64,000 bases of DNA from Thermoplasmatota archaeon (GTDB lineage Archaea; Thermoplasmatota; Penumbrarchaeia; Penumbrarchaeales; Penumbrarchaeaceae). Of the stretch, positions 20,259 to 29,333 are shown piece after piece (position 1 is the stretch's first letter; each line of letters begins with the position of its first letter). A program made the translations under genes and the position numbers. The notes beneath the pieces are model-generated. The model searched no databases. It was not told the origin of the DNA and was given only the letters and a program-made list of their open reading frames with translations. Where the stretch lies: the NCBI GenBank assembly GCA_016928095.1, contig JAFGLL010000005.1, positions 1,102 to 65,101 on the forward strand, written 5' to 3'.

Positions 20259-21977
20259 ATGGGAACCCTCACAGGACAGAGGTGGAGATATCACGAGGAG
20301 AACCCGGAATTCGCAGTCCATATCTCCGAGAAGCTGGATATACACCCTGTCCTGGCAAGGATCATGGTAGGTCGATCGGTGGCTAGCGCAGAGGAGGCCT
20401 ACGACCTGCTCCATCCAACTTTGAGGAACCTCCATGACCCCTTTCTGTTCTCGGGCATGGAAGAAGCGGTGAAAAGGATCGAAAAGGCCCTTTCGTGTGG
20501 GGAGGGTATCACCGTTCATGGTGACTATGATGTGGACGGGATCTCCTCCACGGCCCTTCTGGTGAATGCCTTCAAAGGTTCCAAAACACATGATGAAATC
20601 GGATATTTCCTTCCATCGAGGTTCGAGGAGGGATACGGTCTTTCCATGACATGTCTTGAAGATATGAAGGATCGGGGGGATACCTTACTGATCACAGTGG
20701 ATTGCGGGATCAAAGCGATCGAAGAGGTTAAAAAGGCAAGGGAAATTGGTATCGATGTCATAGTGACCGACCACCACGAACCGGGACCCCAGATACCTGA
20801 TGCATTATCTGTTATCGATCCCAAATGGAAAGGATCGGGATACCCCTTCCGTGAACTCGCTGGTGTGGGAGTCGCTTTCAAACTGGCCACGGCACTCAGG
20901 ATGAGAGAGCTTACAGACCTGGATGTCAGAGGGCTCCTTGACCTTGTTGCACTTGGAACGGTATCCGACCTGGTACCGTTGGTGGGAGAGAACAGGGTAC
21001 TTGTCCACTTCGGGCTAGAACAGATCGGCTCCACCTCACGCATAGGACTCTCATCGTTGATGGCAGGATCTGGGATAGACCCGAGGAACGGGGTCAGGAC
21101 CAGCGATATAGCTTTCAAAATCGGGCCAAGGTTGAACTCCGCGGGAAGATTGTCGCACCCCGGGATGGCTCTCGATCTCATGCTCACTTCGGACCGGTTC
21201 GATGCGGAGCTTTTCACCAGGGAGCTGAACACCCTGAACTTCAAGAGGCAGGCAATAGGGAAGAGGCTCGTATCGGAGATACTTGAAGAGATCGAGGGAT
21301 CTGGCCTTGGCGGGGATCCGGCGATAGTGGTCGGAAAGGAAGGATGGAACCCCGGCGTTATCGGGGTATCCGCTGCCAAACTCGTGGAGATCACCGGGAA
21401 ACCCAGCATAATCCTGTCCATCGATGGCGATACGGCCAGGGGTTCTGCCAGAGCACCCCGCGGATTCAACATCACGGAGATGCTGGGTCTTGTATCCGAC
21501 ATATTGAAGGAACATGGCGGCCATGAAAGAGCGGCCGGTCTGACCATCTCGAGTGAGCTGGTCCCCGAGCTTCGGAGAAGGTTCTGCGGACTTGTGGATG
21601 AATTATATCCGGACCGGACCTTCGAACCGGTGATCGACATCGATCTCGACCTGACCCTGTCGGAACTCGACCTCTCTGCGATCAGTGCCCTGGACCTGTT
21701 GGGTCCATTCGGGATGGGCAATCCTCAGCCTGTCATTTCCATCCGTGACGTCTCCATCGGATATGATATATCTTCTGTTGGGGAGGGAAAACACTTGAAG
21801 TTCTCCGTCACTGACCAGGAACTTACGCTTGGATGCATCTGGTTCAATATGGGCGAACATTCCGGAGAGCTTGCTCCGGGGACGATGGTCTCGATCGCCG
21901 GGATGCCCGAGGTCCACAGCTGGAGGGGTGATAAGGAACTGCAGCTCAGGGTTATAGACCTCTCCTTAATCGGATGA
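20259..21977 (+). CDS. recJ: Single-stranded-DNA-specific exonuclease RecJ (bacterial type, DHH/DHHA1 + C-terminal OB fold)
   Basis: DHH motifs VHGDYDVDGISS, IVTDHHEP, VIDHH-like. DHHA1 GGHERAAG. 572 aa. ATG at 20259. Confidence 0.85.
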   Translation: MGTLTGQRWRYHEENPEFAVHISEKLDIHPVLARIMVGRSVASAEEAYDLLHPTLRNLHDPFLFSGMEEAVKRIEKALSCGEGITVHGDYDVDGISSTALLVNAFKGSKTHDEIGYFLPSRFEEGYGLSMTCLEDMKDRGDTLLITVDCGIKAIEEVKKAREIGIDVIVTDHHEPGPQIPDALSVIDPKWKGSGYPFRELAGVGVAFKLATALRMRELTDLDVRGLLDLVALGTVSDLVPLVGENRVLVHFGLEQIGSTSRIGLSSLMAGSGIDPRNGVRTSDIAFKIGPRLNSAGRLSHPGMALDLMLTSDRFDAELFTRELNTLNFKRQAIGKRLVSEILEEIEGSGLGGDPAIVVGKEGWNPGVIGVSAAKLVEITGKPSIILSIDGDTARGSARAPRGFNITEMLGLVSDILKEHGGHERAAGLTISSELVPELRRRFCGLVDELYPDRTFEPVIDIDLDLTLSELDLSAISALDLLGPFGMGNPQPVISIRDVSIGYDISSVGEGKHLKFSVTDQELTLGCIWFNMGEHSGELAPGTMVSIAGMPEVHSWRGDKELQLRVIDLSLIG

Positions 21978-22057
21978 GGTGGGATAGCATCGTTCGATGG
22001 TAAGATATACCTCGTGATGGGTATGGACATGTTGGAAAATTTCTGCAGGGTGGCCTT

Positions 22058-22666
22058 ATGAGAAATGTCAAGATTATGGGATTCGATCTTGATGGGACAC
22101 TGGTCAAAATGAAGCTTGACTTTGGTGCCTTCCGAAAGGATCTGCAAATTCCCAAGGGGGATACCCTCCAGTATATAACATCGATGGTCGGACCGAAGAA
22201 AAAGGAGCTTCTATCCAGATTGGAGGAGATGGAAAAGGAGGCTGCCAGGAAAGCGGAGATCGCTCCCGGGGCAAGGGAGCTTCTTGAACTGTGTCGGGAC
22301 CTTGGGATGAAAGTGGTGGTGATCACCAGGAACTCTCTGGAAGCAACCACTCTGACCCTCGACGTTCTTGGTATCGAGGTGGATATGATACTCTCCAGAG
22401 AGCACGCCGCCCCCAAACCGTCCCCCGAGGCCATCAACATAGTTCTGGACCACTACGGCATCGAACCCTATCAGATGGCCTTCGTCGGGGATTATATCTA
22501 TGATGTACAGGCCGGCAACCGGGCAGGTGTAAGGACCATCCTCCTCACCTCACAGGAGAGAGCGGATGAGTGGATACCATTTGCGGACCACATCGCCGAG
22601 GACCTTTACGAGGTGATCGATATGATCAAGAGTTCAAGAGAGGTCATGTCCGATGAAAAAGGATGA
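22058..22666 (+). CDS. HAD-IA family hydrolase (phosphoglycolate phosphatase-like)
   Basis: Motif I FDLDGTLV, motif II ITRNS, motif III/IV K...FVGDYIYDVQAG. Confidence 0.75.
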   Translation: MRNVKIMGFDLDGTLVKMKLDFGAFRKDLQIPKGDTLQYITSMVGPKKKELLSRLEEMEKEAARKAEIAPGARELLELCRDLGMKVVVITRNSLEATTLTLDVLGIEVDMILSREHAAPKPSPEAINIVLDHYGIEPYQMAFVGDYIYDVQAGNRAGVRTILLTSQERADEWIPFADHIAEDLYEVIDMIKSSREVMSDEKG

Positions 22667-23426
22667 GCTATTCAACATGGAAGGTGGAACTCGACTCACG
22701 CTCCTGCTGGTAGATTCGGAGCTGGAACTCGTACCCCGGGAGTTCTGGTCGCACCCGGCCGTGGTGCAGAACGCCAGAAAACGCGGGAAGAGACCGCACA
22801 TGGTCCTTCTCGATTCATCTCTCCATCACTCGCTTTTTGCCAACCCGGATGAGAGGAACAGGAGGGGGAGGCCCGATATCGTCCATCAGTTCCTTCTCCT
22901 CTCCCTTGACTCCGTTCTGAACCAGCAAAGGAGGCTGGGCATCTATGTCCATACAAGGAACGACCAGCTCATCTGGGTCGATCCGGCCACCAGACTCCCG
23001 AAGAACTACAACCGTTACAGCGGCCTTTTCGAGGAACTCCTGATGACCGGGTCAGTACCGTCCGGAAGGGAGCCCCTTTTGATATCGACCGAAAAGATGG
23101 ACCTTTGTTCATCCATAGAGCTTATCAGGTCCGGTATGGACCCGGAAGGATCGGGTACCAAGATCATCCTTCTACATCCGGAAGGAGAGCTGACGGAGAG
23201 CTGGAACATGTTCTCAAAGGCCGTGAAGCAGGAAGGTAATAAGCAAATAATATGTCTTGTCGGCGGTTTCTCCAGCGGGGATTTCAGATCACCAGTGGGG
23301 GATATTTCCGATATCAGGGTAGCTCTTCCCGGCGGGATGCTGAAGGTATGGACGGTCATCTCCGAACTGCTGGTGGGTTTCAGGATCGCATGCTCAGAGG
23401 AAGCCGTATTTCTGAAGGAGCATTAG
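22653..23426 (+). CDS. nep1: Ribosomal RNA small-subunit pseudouridine-N1 methyltransferase Nep1 (Emg1, SPOUT fold)
   Basis: Hallmark RPDIVHQFLL motif. LLLVDSELELVP N-terminus. ~250 aa. 14-nt overlap with the HAD gene (alternative ATG at 22677). Confidence 0.8.
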   Translation: MKKDELFNMEGGTRLTLLLVDSELELVPREFWSHPAVVQNARKRGKRPHMVLLDSSLHHSLFANPDERNRRGRPDIVHQFLLLSLDSVLNQQRRLGIYVHTRNDQLIWVDPATRLPKNYNRYSGLFEELLMTGSVPSGREPLLISTEKMDLCSSIELIRSGMDPEGSGTKIILLHPEGELTESWNMFSKAVKQEGNKQIICLVGGFSSGDFRSPVGDISDIRVALPGGMLKVWTVISELLVGFRIACSEEAVFLKEH

Positions 23427-24293
23427 GTCCTCGGTGGATATCTTCTCCCCCTTCTTGAACTTCTCGTAGATCCTCTCTGCTTCGGCCTTGCCTGTCTGTG
23501 CGGGTGAAGAGGTCTGGACCTGGGTCTTCCCCGGTTTCCTCTCGGTAACCTTCTTCCTCTGCCTGAGGCCGAATATGATCTTATCGATATCGTGGACCAG
23601 ATGGATGAGGTCGATATGCTTGTGGTGCTCCTCGTCAGCCTTGATCTTCGATTCCACAAAGCTCTCCTGTGAACTGTCCGCTTCCTTCCTTATCCGGTCC
23701 GATTCGGAGAACCTCTCGATCATGGCTTCGTGCTCTTTCTGGGCCAGGTCCGCGTATTCGTTGACCCGATGGTGGGATTCATCCATCCTCTTCTTTGCAT
23801 CCCTAACCTTCTGGATGAGGTCGCGGATCTCATCGTTGCCTTCCATCTCCTTCTCTTTCTTCTTTATTTCCCTCTTGATCTGTGATATCTTCTCAATGAG
23901 CGCCCTTTCCTTATCGGCTTCCAGCACGGAGGTCTGCTGTTTGAACTCGAGCCCGTGAAGCTCCTTCTTGAGCTTTCCCAGGGATTGCTCCTCCGAGGAG
24001 GATATCCTGCTCTTCTTCAACTTGTCAAGCTGGGATTTCAGATCGGTGTAATCTCTTGTGAGGGTGTCCCTTGTGCTTTTCTCCTCGCGGACCTTGACGT
24101 TCAGATCGTCCCTCTTGTCCTTGAAGCGGTTGGCCTCCAGAAGCAGTTTCTTGACCTGGGAGTTCAGCTGGTCCCTCTGTTCCGCATAACGCTTGGTTTC
24201 CTGGTTCATACGGTCGCGTTTCTTCCTATGGGCTTCAGCTTCCTGGTTGAGCTTGTTCCTTTTATGGTCGAGTTCCTCAAGGTATTCCGACAT
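23394..24293 (-). CDS. Coiled-coil protein (long charged heptad-repeat helix), hypothetical
   Basis: ATG verified at 24293 (MSEYLEELDHKRNKL). ~250 residues of K/E/R/D-rich heptads. Conserved-looking C-terminal RIYEKFKKGEKISTEDLMLLQKYGFL. The track ORF extends to 24368. Confidence 0.45.
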   Translation of the reverse strand: MSEYLEELDHKRNKLNQEAEAHRKKRDRMNQETKRYAEQRDQLNSQVKKLLLEANRFKDKRDDLNVKVREEKSTRDTLTRDYTDLKSQLDKLKKSRISSSEEQSLGKLKKELHGLEFKQQTSVLEADKERALIEKISQIKREIKKKEKEMEGNDEIRDLIQKVRDAKKRMDESHHRVNEYADLAQKEHEAMIERFSESDRIRKEADSSQESFVESKIKADEEHHKHIDLIHLVHDIDKIIFGLRQRKKVTERKPGKTQVQTSSPAQTGKAEAERIYEKFKKGEKISTEDLMLLQKYGFL

Positions 24294-24505
24294 TGGACAT
24301 CCCACGTTCGCAGTTATTGGCACAAAAAGGGAGCTCAAACACTCCCCGGCAGGCAGAGCGACAGGCAATACAGGGGCTCCTTTTTAAGGGTTTCTCTTTT
24401 CAAATACCAAAGATGAACCAAGATTCCAGCAAGTAACTAGGGTCAGGAAGCCAAAGGATTATCTATCGCCACTTGAATTCCGTGGAACTTACGGAGGATA
24501 GGGAA

Positions 24506-25147
24506 ATGGACATCCTGGAGATCGGACTCATCGCATCGATCGTGATCCTCACCATGGTACTTCTTGTATGGGCCCTTTTCAGCTCCCTGATCATCATACA
24601 GGAATACGAGATCGGGGTGTACATGAGGTTGGGTCGATATAAAAGAAAGCTCCGTCCGGGGGTCCACCTGGTCACACCGTTCGTTTCCAGGGTGTTCAGG
24701 GCGGATACCCGGATACAGACATTGGACCTGGGGAGACAGGAGGTCATGTCCAGGGACCTTGCCCCTATGGTGGTCGAGACCATTGTGCAGTATAGATTGG
24801 CCGAACCCGACAAATGCATACTCAAGGTGGACAAGTACCGATCCACCCTCACACAGGTCGCACAGGCAACCATGCGAAAACTCGCCCTGATGTACGATCT
24901 CGAGGACCTGATACGTCTCCAGGGAAAGGTCAACGAAGAGTTCAGCAAGAAGATGATTGCCGAGGGTGAACCCTTCGGTGTTGATATTGTCAGGACCGAG
25001 ATCAAGGACATAGACCCGGCAGGCCCGATAAAGGCTGCAATAGAGGACAGAATAGCGGCGGAAAGGGAAAGGCAGGCGACGATCCTCCGGGCTGATGGGA
25101 GAAAACGCGCCCTGATCATGGAGATGGAGGGTCGGAGCGCCAAGTGA
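24506..25147 (+). CDS. SPFH/band-7 (stomatin/prohibitin-like) membrane protein
   Basis: ATG at 24506 preceded by GGAGGAT 8 nt upstream. The track start at 24473 is TTG. N-terminal TM, then SPFH core (YEIGVYMRLGRYKRKLRPGVHLVTPFV...), C-terminal coiled coil. Confidence 0.8.
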   Translation: MDILEIGLIASIVILTMVLLVWALFSSLIIIQEYEIGVYMRLGRYKRKLRPGVHLVTPFVSRVFRADTRIQTLDLGRQEVMSRDLAPMVVETIVQYRLAEPDKCILKVDKYRSTLTQVAQATMRKLALMYDLEDLIRLQGKVNEEFSKKMIAEGEPFGVDIVRTEIKDIDPAGPIKAAIEDRIAAERERQATILRADGRKRALIMEMEGRSAK

Positions 25148-25175
25148 TTTGAAAAAATATGTGCATAATGGGAAT

Positions 25176-25185
25176 TTTATAATAC
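25176..25185 (+). promoter_or_regulatory. TATA box TTTTATAATA about 25 nt upstream of the wHTH/TerB-like gene
   Basis: Strong AT-rich element preceded by a purine-rich stretch (GAAAAAA) that could act as a BRE. Confidence 0.5.
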
Positions 25186-25209
25186 CTGATAATTTGTTAT
25201 ATCGGCCTG

Positions 25210-26226
25210 ATGACCAAGAAGATCACCCTCACCGTGGATGAAAGGGCCATTATACATCTCATGGAGTTCATTCCCAATGAGGATGAGTTCGAAGCCCCCG
25301 AAGGAGCAACGCAGGCAGGGATAGCCAGAGGGATCGGGATCGAGAGAAAACATATACCCAGGGCCGTAAATAAACTGATAACCGACAATATCCTCGATAC
25401 GAAGGTATCCCACGTGAAAGGTGGCAGGCAGCGGAAGAAGGTCTATTTCCTGACCTTCGAGGGGAAGGCCCTCGCAAGGAGGATCTGGGAGAACCTTTCC
25501 AAGAAAAGGGTGCTCCTGAGGGACGAGACAGGGAACGATAAGGAGATCACTTTCTCCGAGCTGTGCTTTACATTCCAGGTGAACAAGACCCCCGTCCAGC
25601 TCATGATGGAGATGGAGGAAGGGAATGTATACAATCCGCACAGAACCTCTCAGCGAGAGGTTTCTGTGGACCGTAAAGGACCCAGGACACAGGCCACTTC
25701 CGATGCCAAGGACATCTACATGAAAGCCCTGAAGGTCGCCTGGGAGGATTCCATACTGACCAAGGAAGAGGTTGCTTTACTGAAGGGGTTGAGGGAATCC
25801 CTAGGGATATCGGAACGGGAGCACATGGACCTCCAAAGCGGATTGATAGGGCTTGAAGAGGTAAAAAAGGGATTGAACAAGACCGAGATCTACCGACGTA
25901 TCCTTGAGGTCGCACTCAGGGATGGTATATTGACCTCGGATGAGCAGGATATCCTCAATGAGCTCGAGAGGAGCCTGGGACTGGAAGAGAGCCAGGCTAC
26001 CAAATTGAAGATGGAGATGAAGCTTCTGGAGGGGGAAGGAATCATGACCTCCGACAGGAAGAGGGAGAACTTCAAGGAGATATACGGCTCCGTGATCCGG
26101 GAATCCATGAAAGACGGCAGGATCAGCCGGGACGAGCAGAACATCATCATCCTTCTCAAGAAGCTCCTGGACATAGGAGACAGAGAGCACCTGGACATCT
26201 TCGAGGAGGTAAACAGGGAGAGTTGA
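25210..26226 (+). CDS. Winged-helix DNA-binding protein fused to three tandem ~55-aa TerB/DjlA-N-like helical repeats
   Basis: N-terminal wHTH (TQAGIARGIGIERKHIPRAVNKLI...KVYFLTFEGKALARRI). Three repeats share (D/E)IY..(A/I)L..A..DG.(I/L)(T/S).(D/E)E...L..L...LG. Strong TATA TTTTATAATA at 25176-25185, 25 nt before the ATG. Confidence 0.55.
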   Translation: MTKKITLTVDERAIIHLMEFIPNEDEFEAPEGATQAGIARGIGIERKHIPRAVNKLITDNILDTKVSHVKGGRQRKKVYFLTFEGKALARRIWENLSKKRVLLRDETGNDKEITFSELCFTFQVNKTPVQLMMEMEEGNVYNPHRTSQREVSVDRKGPRTQATSDAKDIYMKALKVAWEDSILTKEEVALLKGLRESLGISEREHMDLQSGLIGLEEVKKGLNKTEIYRRILEVALRDGILTSDEQDILNELERSLGLEESQATKLKMEMKLLEGEGIMTSDRKRENFKEIYGSVIRESMKDGRISRDEQNIIILLKKLLDIGDREHLDIFEEVNRES

Positions 26227-26302
26227 GTCCATGTCCCTGTAAGAATGTTAAAATACCATCAACAGATTTGGCACGAACATACATGAAAAGAGGTGCATGA
26301 AC

Positions 26303-26581
26303 ATGCTCGAGGAGGTCAGTGTGCTTAACAACCTGGAGGTATTCACTCCATGGGGCGTAAGGATCGGGGATGTAAACAATGTGGAGATCGACTCCGAGAC
26401 TTCGACGATAGAGAACCTTTTCCTTGAAACGACCAATGAAAAGCTCGTTTCCAGAGGGGACAGCATCCTGATCCCGTTCAGATGGGTCCAGGCTGTCGGG
26501 GATATCATCATCCTGAAGCATTTTCCGGAGGATCTCCCGATCAGGTCCAAGGATGACGATGGACTGGAAGAATACAGGTAG
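26303..26581 (+). CDS. PRC-barrel domain protein
   Basis: LEVFTPWGVRIGDVNNVEIDSETSTIENLFLE and ILIPFRWVQAVGDIIILK fit the PRC barrel. GAGGTG lies 7 nt upstream of the ATG at 26303. The track start is 26297. Confidence 0.6.
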   Translation: MLEEVSVLNNLEVFTPWGVRIGDVNNVEIDSETSTIENLFLETTNEKLVSRGDSILIPFRWVQAVGDIIILKHFPEDLPIRSKDDDGLEEYR

Positions 26582-26590
26582 GCGGTCGCT

Positions 26591-26800
26591 GTGGCTCAGC
26601 GCAAGGAACCCGTGGAAAAGACCTGCGATGTAAGCGGATGCAAAGAGCAGGCTGTCAGGTCTGTGAGTATCAAGAAGGCTAAAGCCTCCGGCCTATCCCT
26701 GGAGGGGGATAGAGGCAACGTTCATCTCTGCAGGGAACATTACAGGGAGTTCAAGAAGAGCACGAAGGAGGACCGGAAGCTTCAGAGAATGGGCTGGTGA
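26591..26800 (+). CDS. Small putative zinc-binding protein (C-x4-C...H-x-C-x2-H)
   Basis: 69-aa ORF with GTG start. Ligand pattern CDVSGC...HLCREH. Basic and K-rich. No similarity I can name. Confidence 0.3.
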   Translation: MAQRKEPVEKTCDVSGCKEQAVRSVSIKKAKASGLSLEGDRGNVHLCREHYREFKKSTKEDRKLQRMGW

Positions 26801-26887
26801 ACCTTCGGGATGTTCTGCCGGCCAATATTACCACCTTCCGTCAGATATATATCGGAGTATGTTTTCAACCAGTTCGAGCCATTGCAC

Positions 26888-26969
<82 letters not shown>

Positions 26970-27199
26970 TAATCTCTCAGAAAGGATATTTTCTGATCCG
27001 ATATTCTCATAGCATTTCAATACACCCACACGATCCGCTTGATACCTGGGCATTCCACGCACCGACCATCATGAGATGGTCCGAACAAGTAGCTTGAAAA
27101 GGATGATCACTCCACCTGGACCGGAAATACAACAAAGCTTATTGTGGATGACGTCATTCTTCGGATGCATCCATTTCTAGCATATCAGGTGATCGGACA

Positions 27200-27730
27200 A
27201 TGGCAGACAGGAAAGAGGAAAGGGAACTCCTGAAGGAACTCGACGGGGACAGGTACTCCGCTCTGACCTTCATGCATCTTCGGAACTTGTGGGCGGTGGA
27301 TGGACTGTACTATCTGGGGATAGAGAAGAGGTTCGGAACGGAAGCAGCCACCGAGATAGATGCCGAGGTCTGGGCCGTCATGGGAAAGATCGAGGCCAGG
27401 AGATTGAAGAAGCTGTTGGGTCTGGGGAACACACTCGAGGATATGATAAGAGGCCTCAAGTATTCCGGTTGGACAATGGACCTCGAGGACAAGGAATGGG
27501 AATATCACCCGGGAAGGACCGTCCTGAGGAACGTCGAATGCAGGGTCCAGAACACCCGTTTGAAGGACGGTCTTTCGGTATTCCCCTGCAAGAAGGTACG
27601 CTTCGGCTTCCTGAAGGCCTTCGCCAGGGAGTTCAATGAGGATCTGGAAGTGAACTGTATCCGGTGCCCCCCCGACGATCGGATGGGGCGTATATGGTGC
27701 GAATGGACGTTCAGTATGAAGGAGGGATGA
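27200..27730 (+). CDS. Hypothetical Cys-containing protein, first gene of a CoA-metabolism cluster
   Basis: ATG at 27200 with AGGTGA 9 nt upstream. 176 aa. Cys residues in ECRV, FPCKK, CIRCPPDD and WCEW contexts. Immediately followed by the dehydratase gene (stop and start 1 nt apart). Confidence 0.45.
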   Translation: MADRKEERELLKELDGDRYSALTFMHLRNLWAVDGLYYLGIEKRFGTEAATEIDAEVWAVMGKIEARRLKKLLGLGNTLEDMIRGLKYSGWTMDLEDKEWEYHPGRTVLRNVECRVQNTRLKDGLSVFPCKKVRFGFLKAFAREFNEDLEVNCIRCPPDDRMGRIWCEWTFSMKEG

Positions 27731-27731
27731 A

Positions 27732-29189
27732 ATGAGGACATCTGAAGAGTACAGGGAGAGCCTGAGACGGATGAGGCCGAACATCTACAAGTTCGGCGAA
27801 TTGATCAAGGACGTGACCGCACATCCTTCCACAAAAAGGACGGTGGAGGGCCACGCCCAGATATTCGATGCCGCATTGAAGGAAGATTACAGGGACCTGC
27901 TGACAACCACCTCCCACCTCACGGGGAAGAGGGTGGTCCGCTATCTTTCCATCATCAGGAACGCCGAGGACATGATCAACAATTGCCGGATGAAGAGGCT
28001 CATGTTCAACCTGACAGGAACATGCACCGGGGGAAGGTGCGCCGGTTTCAACGGTATCAACGCCATGTGGGCGGCCACTTACGACATGGACCAGGAGCTG
28101 GGGACGGATTACCATCAAAGGCTGACCGAATGGTTGATAGGGGCGCAGGAGGCCGACATCACCCTTGCGGGAGCGCTGACCGATCCGAAAGGGGACAGGT
28201 CAAGGTCCGCCTCACAGCAGGACGACCCTGACATGAACCTGAGGGTCGTGGAGAGAAGGGATGATGGCATAGTTGTCCGGGGTGCAAAGGTGATGATATG
28301 CGGAATAGCGGCAGCCAACGAGATATTCATCCTCCCCGGAACAGGGTACAAGGAGCCAGATAAGGACTATGCCGTATCCTTTGCGATACCAAGGGATATC
28401 GAGAACCTTACCATTGTCGAGACCAGACACCCGAGCGACAGGAGGGAGGAGGAGGAGGGGTTCGACAACCCGGTAGACCATGGCGGGATCACACAGGCGT
28501 ACCTGCTCTTTGAGGATGTGTTCATACCCAGGGAGCGCGTGTTCATGTGCGGAGAGCACACCTATTCCATGAAGGCCGTTATGAACTTCATCGCCCCTTA
28601 CAGGGCTGCCATAGGAGGATGCGTGGCAGGACAGGGGGACCTGATGATAGGTGCCTCTATCCTGATCGCAAGGTCGAACGGCCTTCACGAGAAGGTCTTC
28701 AAGGACAAGATCACCCAGATGGCCATCAACAATGAGACGACCTTCGGAATGGGCGTGGCCGCAAGCGCGCTCGGAAAACTCCATCCTTCCGGTGCATGGG
28801 CCCCCGACATGCTCATATCCAACGTGAACAAGGTCCACGTTGCCACGCTGCCGTACGAAACAAAGAGGCTCGCCCAGGAGATCGCAGGCGGGATCGCAGA
28901 GACCGGATGCCTCCCATCATACAGGGACATCCAGGATCCCAGGTACGGGAGTCTTCTGAAGAAGTACCTCGGTGCAAGTATCGATGGCGAAACTCGGGCA
29001 AGGATAGGGAGATTGATAGAATGGCTCACCATCGGCGCTGGCGTTCCCGGTTGTATGCACGGAGGGGGGTCCCCCGATGGTGCCAAGCTCATGATCAACC
29101 TTAATTCGAACCTTCGATCATACATTGACATGGCCAGGAACGTCGGAGGGATAACAGAAGAGATCCCCGCACCCGAGAAGAAGAAATGA
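27732..29189 (+). CDS. 4-hydroxybutyryl-CoA dehydratase / vinylacetyl-CoA isomerase family protein (AbfD/HpaB fold)
   Basis: ~485 aa, acyl-CoA-dehydrogenase-like fold. CTGGRC cluster consistent with the [4Fe-4S] CxxxC ligand pair of AbfD. GGAGGGA 6 nt upstream of the ATG. Confidence 0.65.
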   Translation: MRTSEEYRESLRRMRPNIYKFGELIKDVTAHPSTKRTVEGHAQIFDAALKEDYRDLLTTTSHLTGKRVVRYLSIIRNAEDMINNCRMKRLMFNLTGTCTGGRCAGFNGINAMWAATYDMDQELGTDYHQRLTEWLIGAQEADITLAGALTDPKGDRSRSASQQDDPDMNLRVVERRDDGIVVRGAKVMICGIAAANEIFILPGTGYKEPDKDYAVSFAIPRDIENLTIVETRHPSDRREEEEGFDNPVDHGGITQAYLLFEDVFIPRERVFMCGEHTYSMKAVMNFIAPYRAAIGGCVAGQGDLMIGASILIARSNGLHEKVFKDKITQMAINNETTFGMGVAASALGKLHPSGAWAPDMLISNVNKVHVATLPYETKRLAQEIAGGIAETGCLPSYRDIQDPRYGSLLKKYLGASIDGETRARIGRLIEWLTIGAGVPGCMHGGGSPDGAKLMINLNSNLRSYIDMARNVGGITEEIPAPEKKK

Positions 29190-29333
29190 CCACCTTCGAA
29201 CTGCCGGACATGGTTATGATAACGGTTAAGTAGGACTACCTTTTTCCGTTTTCTGCCCCCCCCTGAACGATAGCTATCCCGGTAGATCAAGGGACGATGG
29301 ATATCCGATGGGGTGGACGGAAAGGTGATGGAA

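Noticed and set aside
20525-21721. 398-aa antisense ORF (Ser/Pro-rich) inside recJ, and similar long antisense ORFs inside the giant surface-protein genes (e.g. 2311-2889, 3301-3963, 13563-14246, 39278-40201)
   Set aside because: These look like GC-rich antisense artefacts. They have low-complexity composition and no motifs, and they sit opposite strongly supported genes.
29313-29333. GTG start at 29313 for the acyl-CoA synthetase
   Set aside because: The downstream ATG at 29334 has an AGGTG SD at ideal 6-nt spacing. The extension adds only 7 residues.
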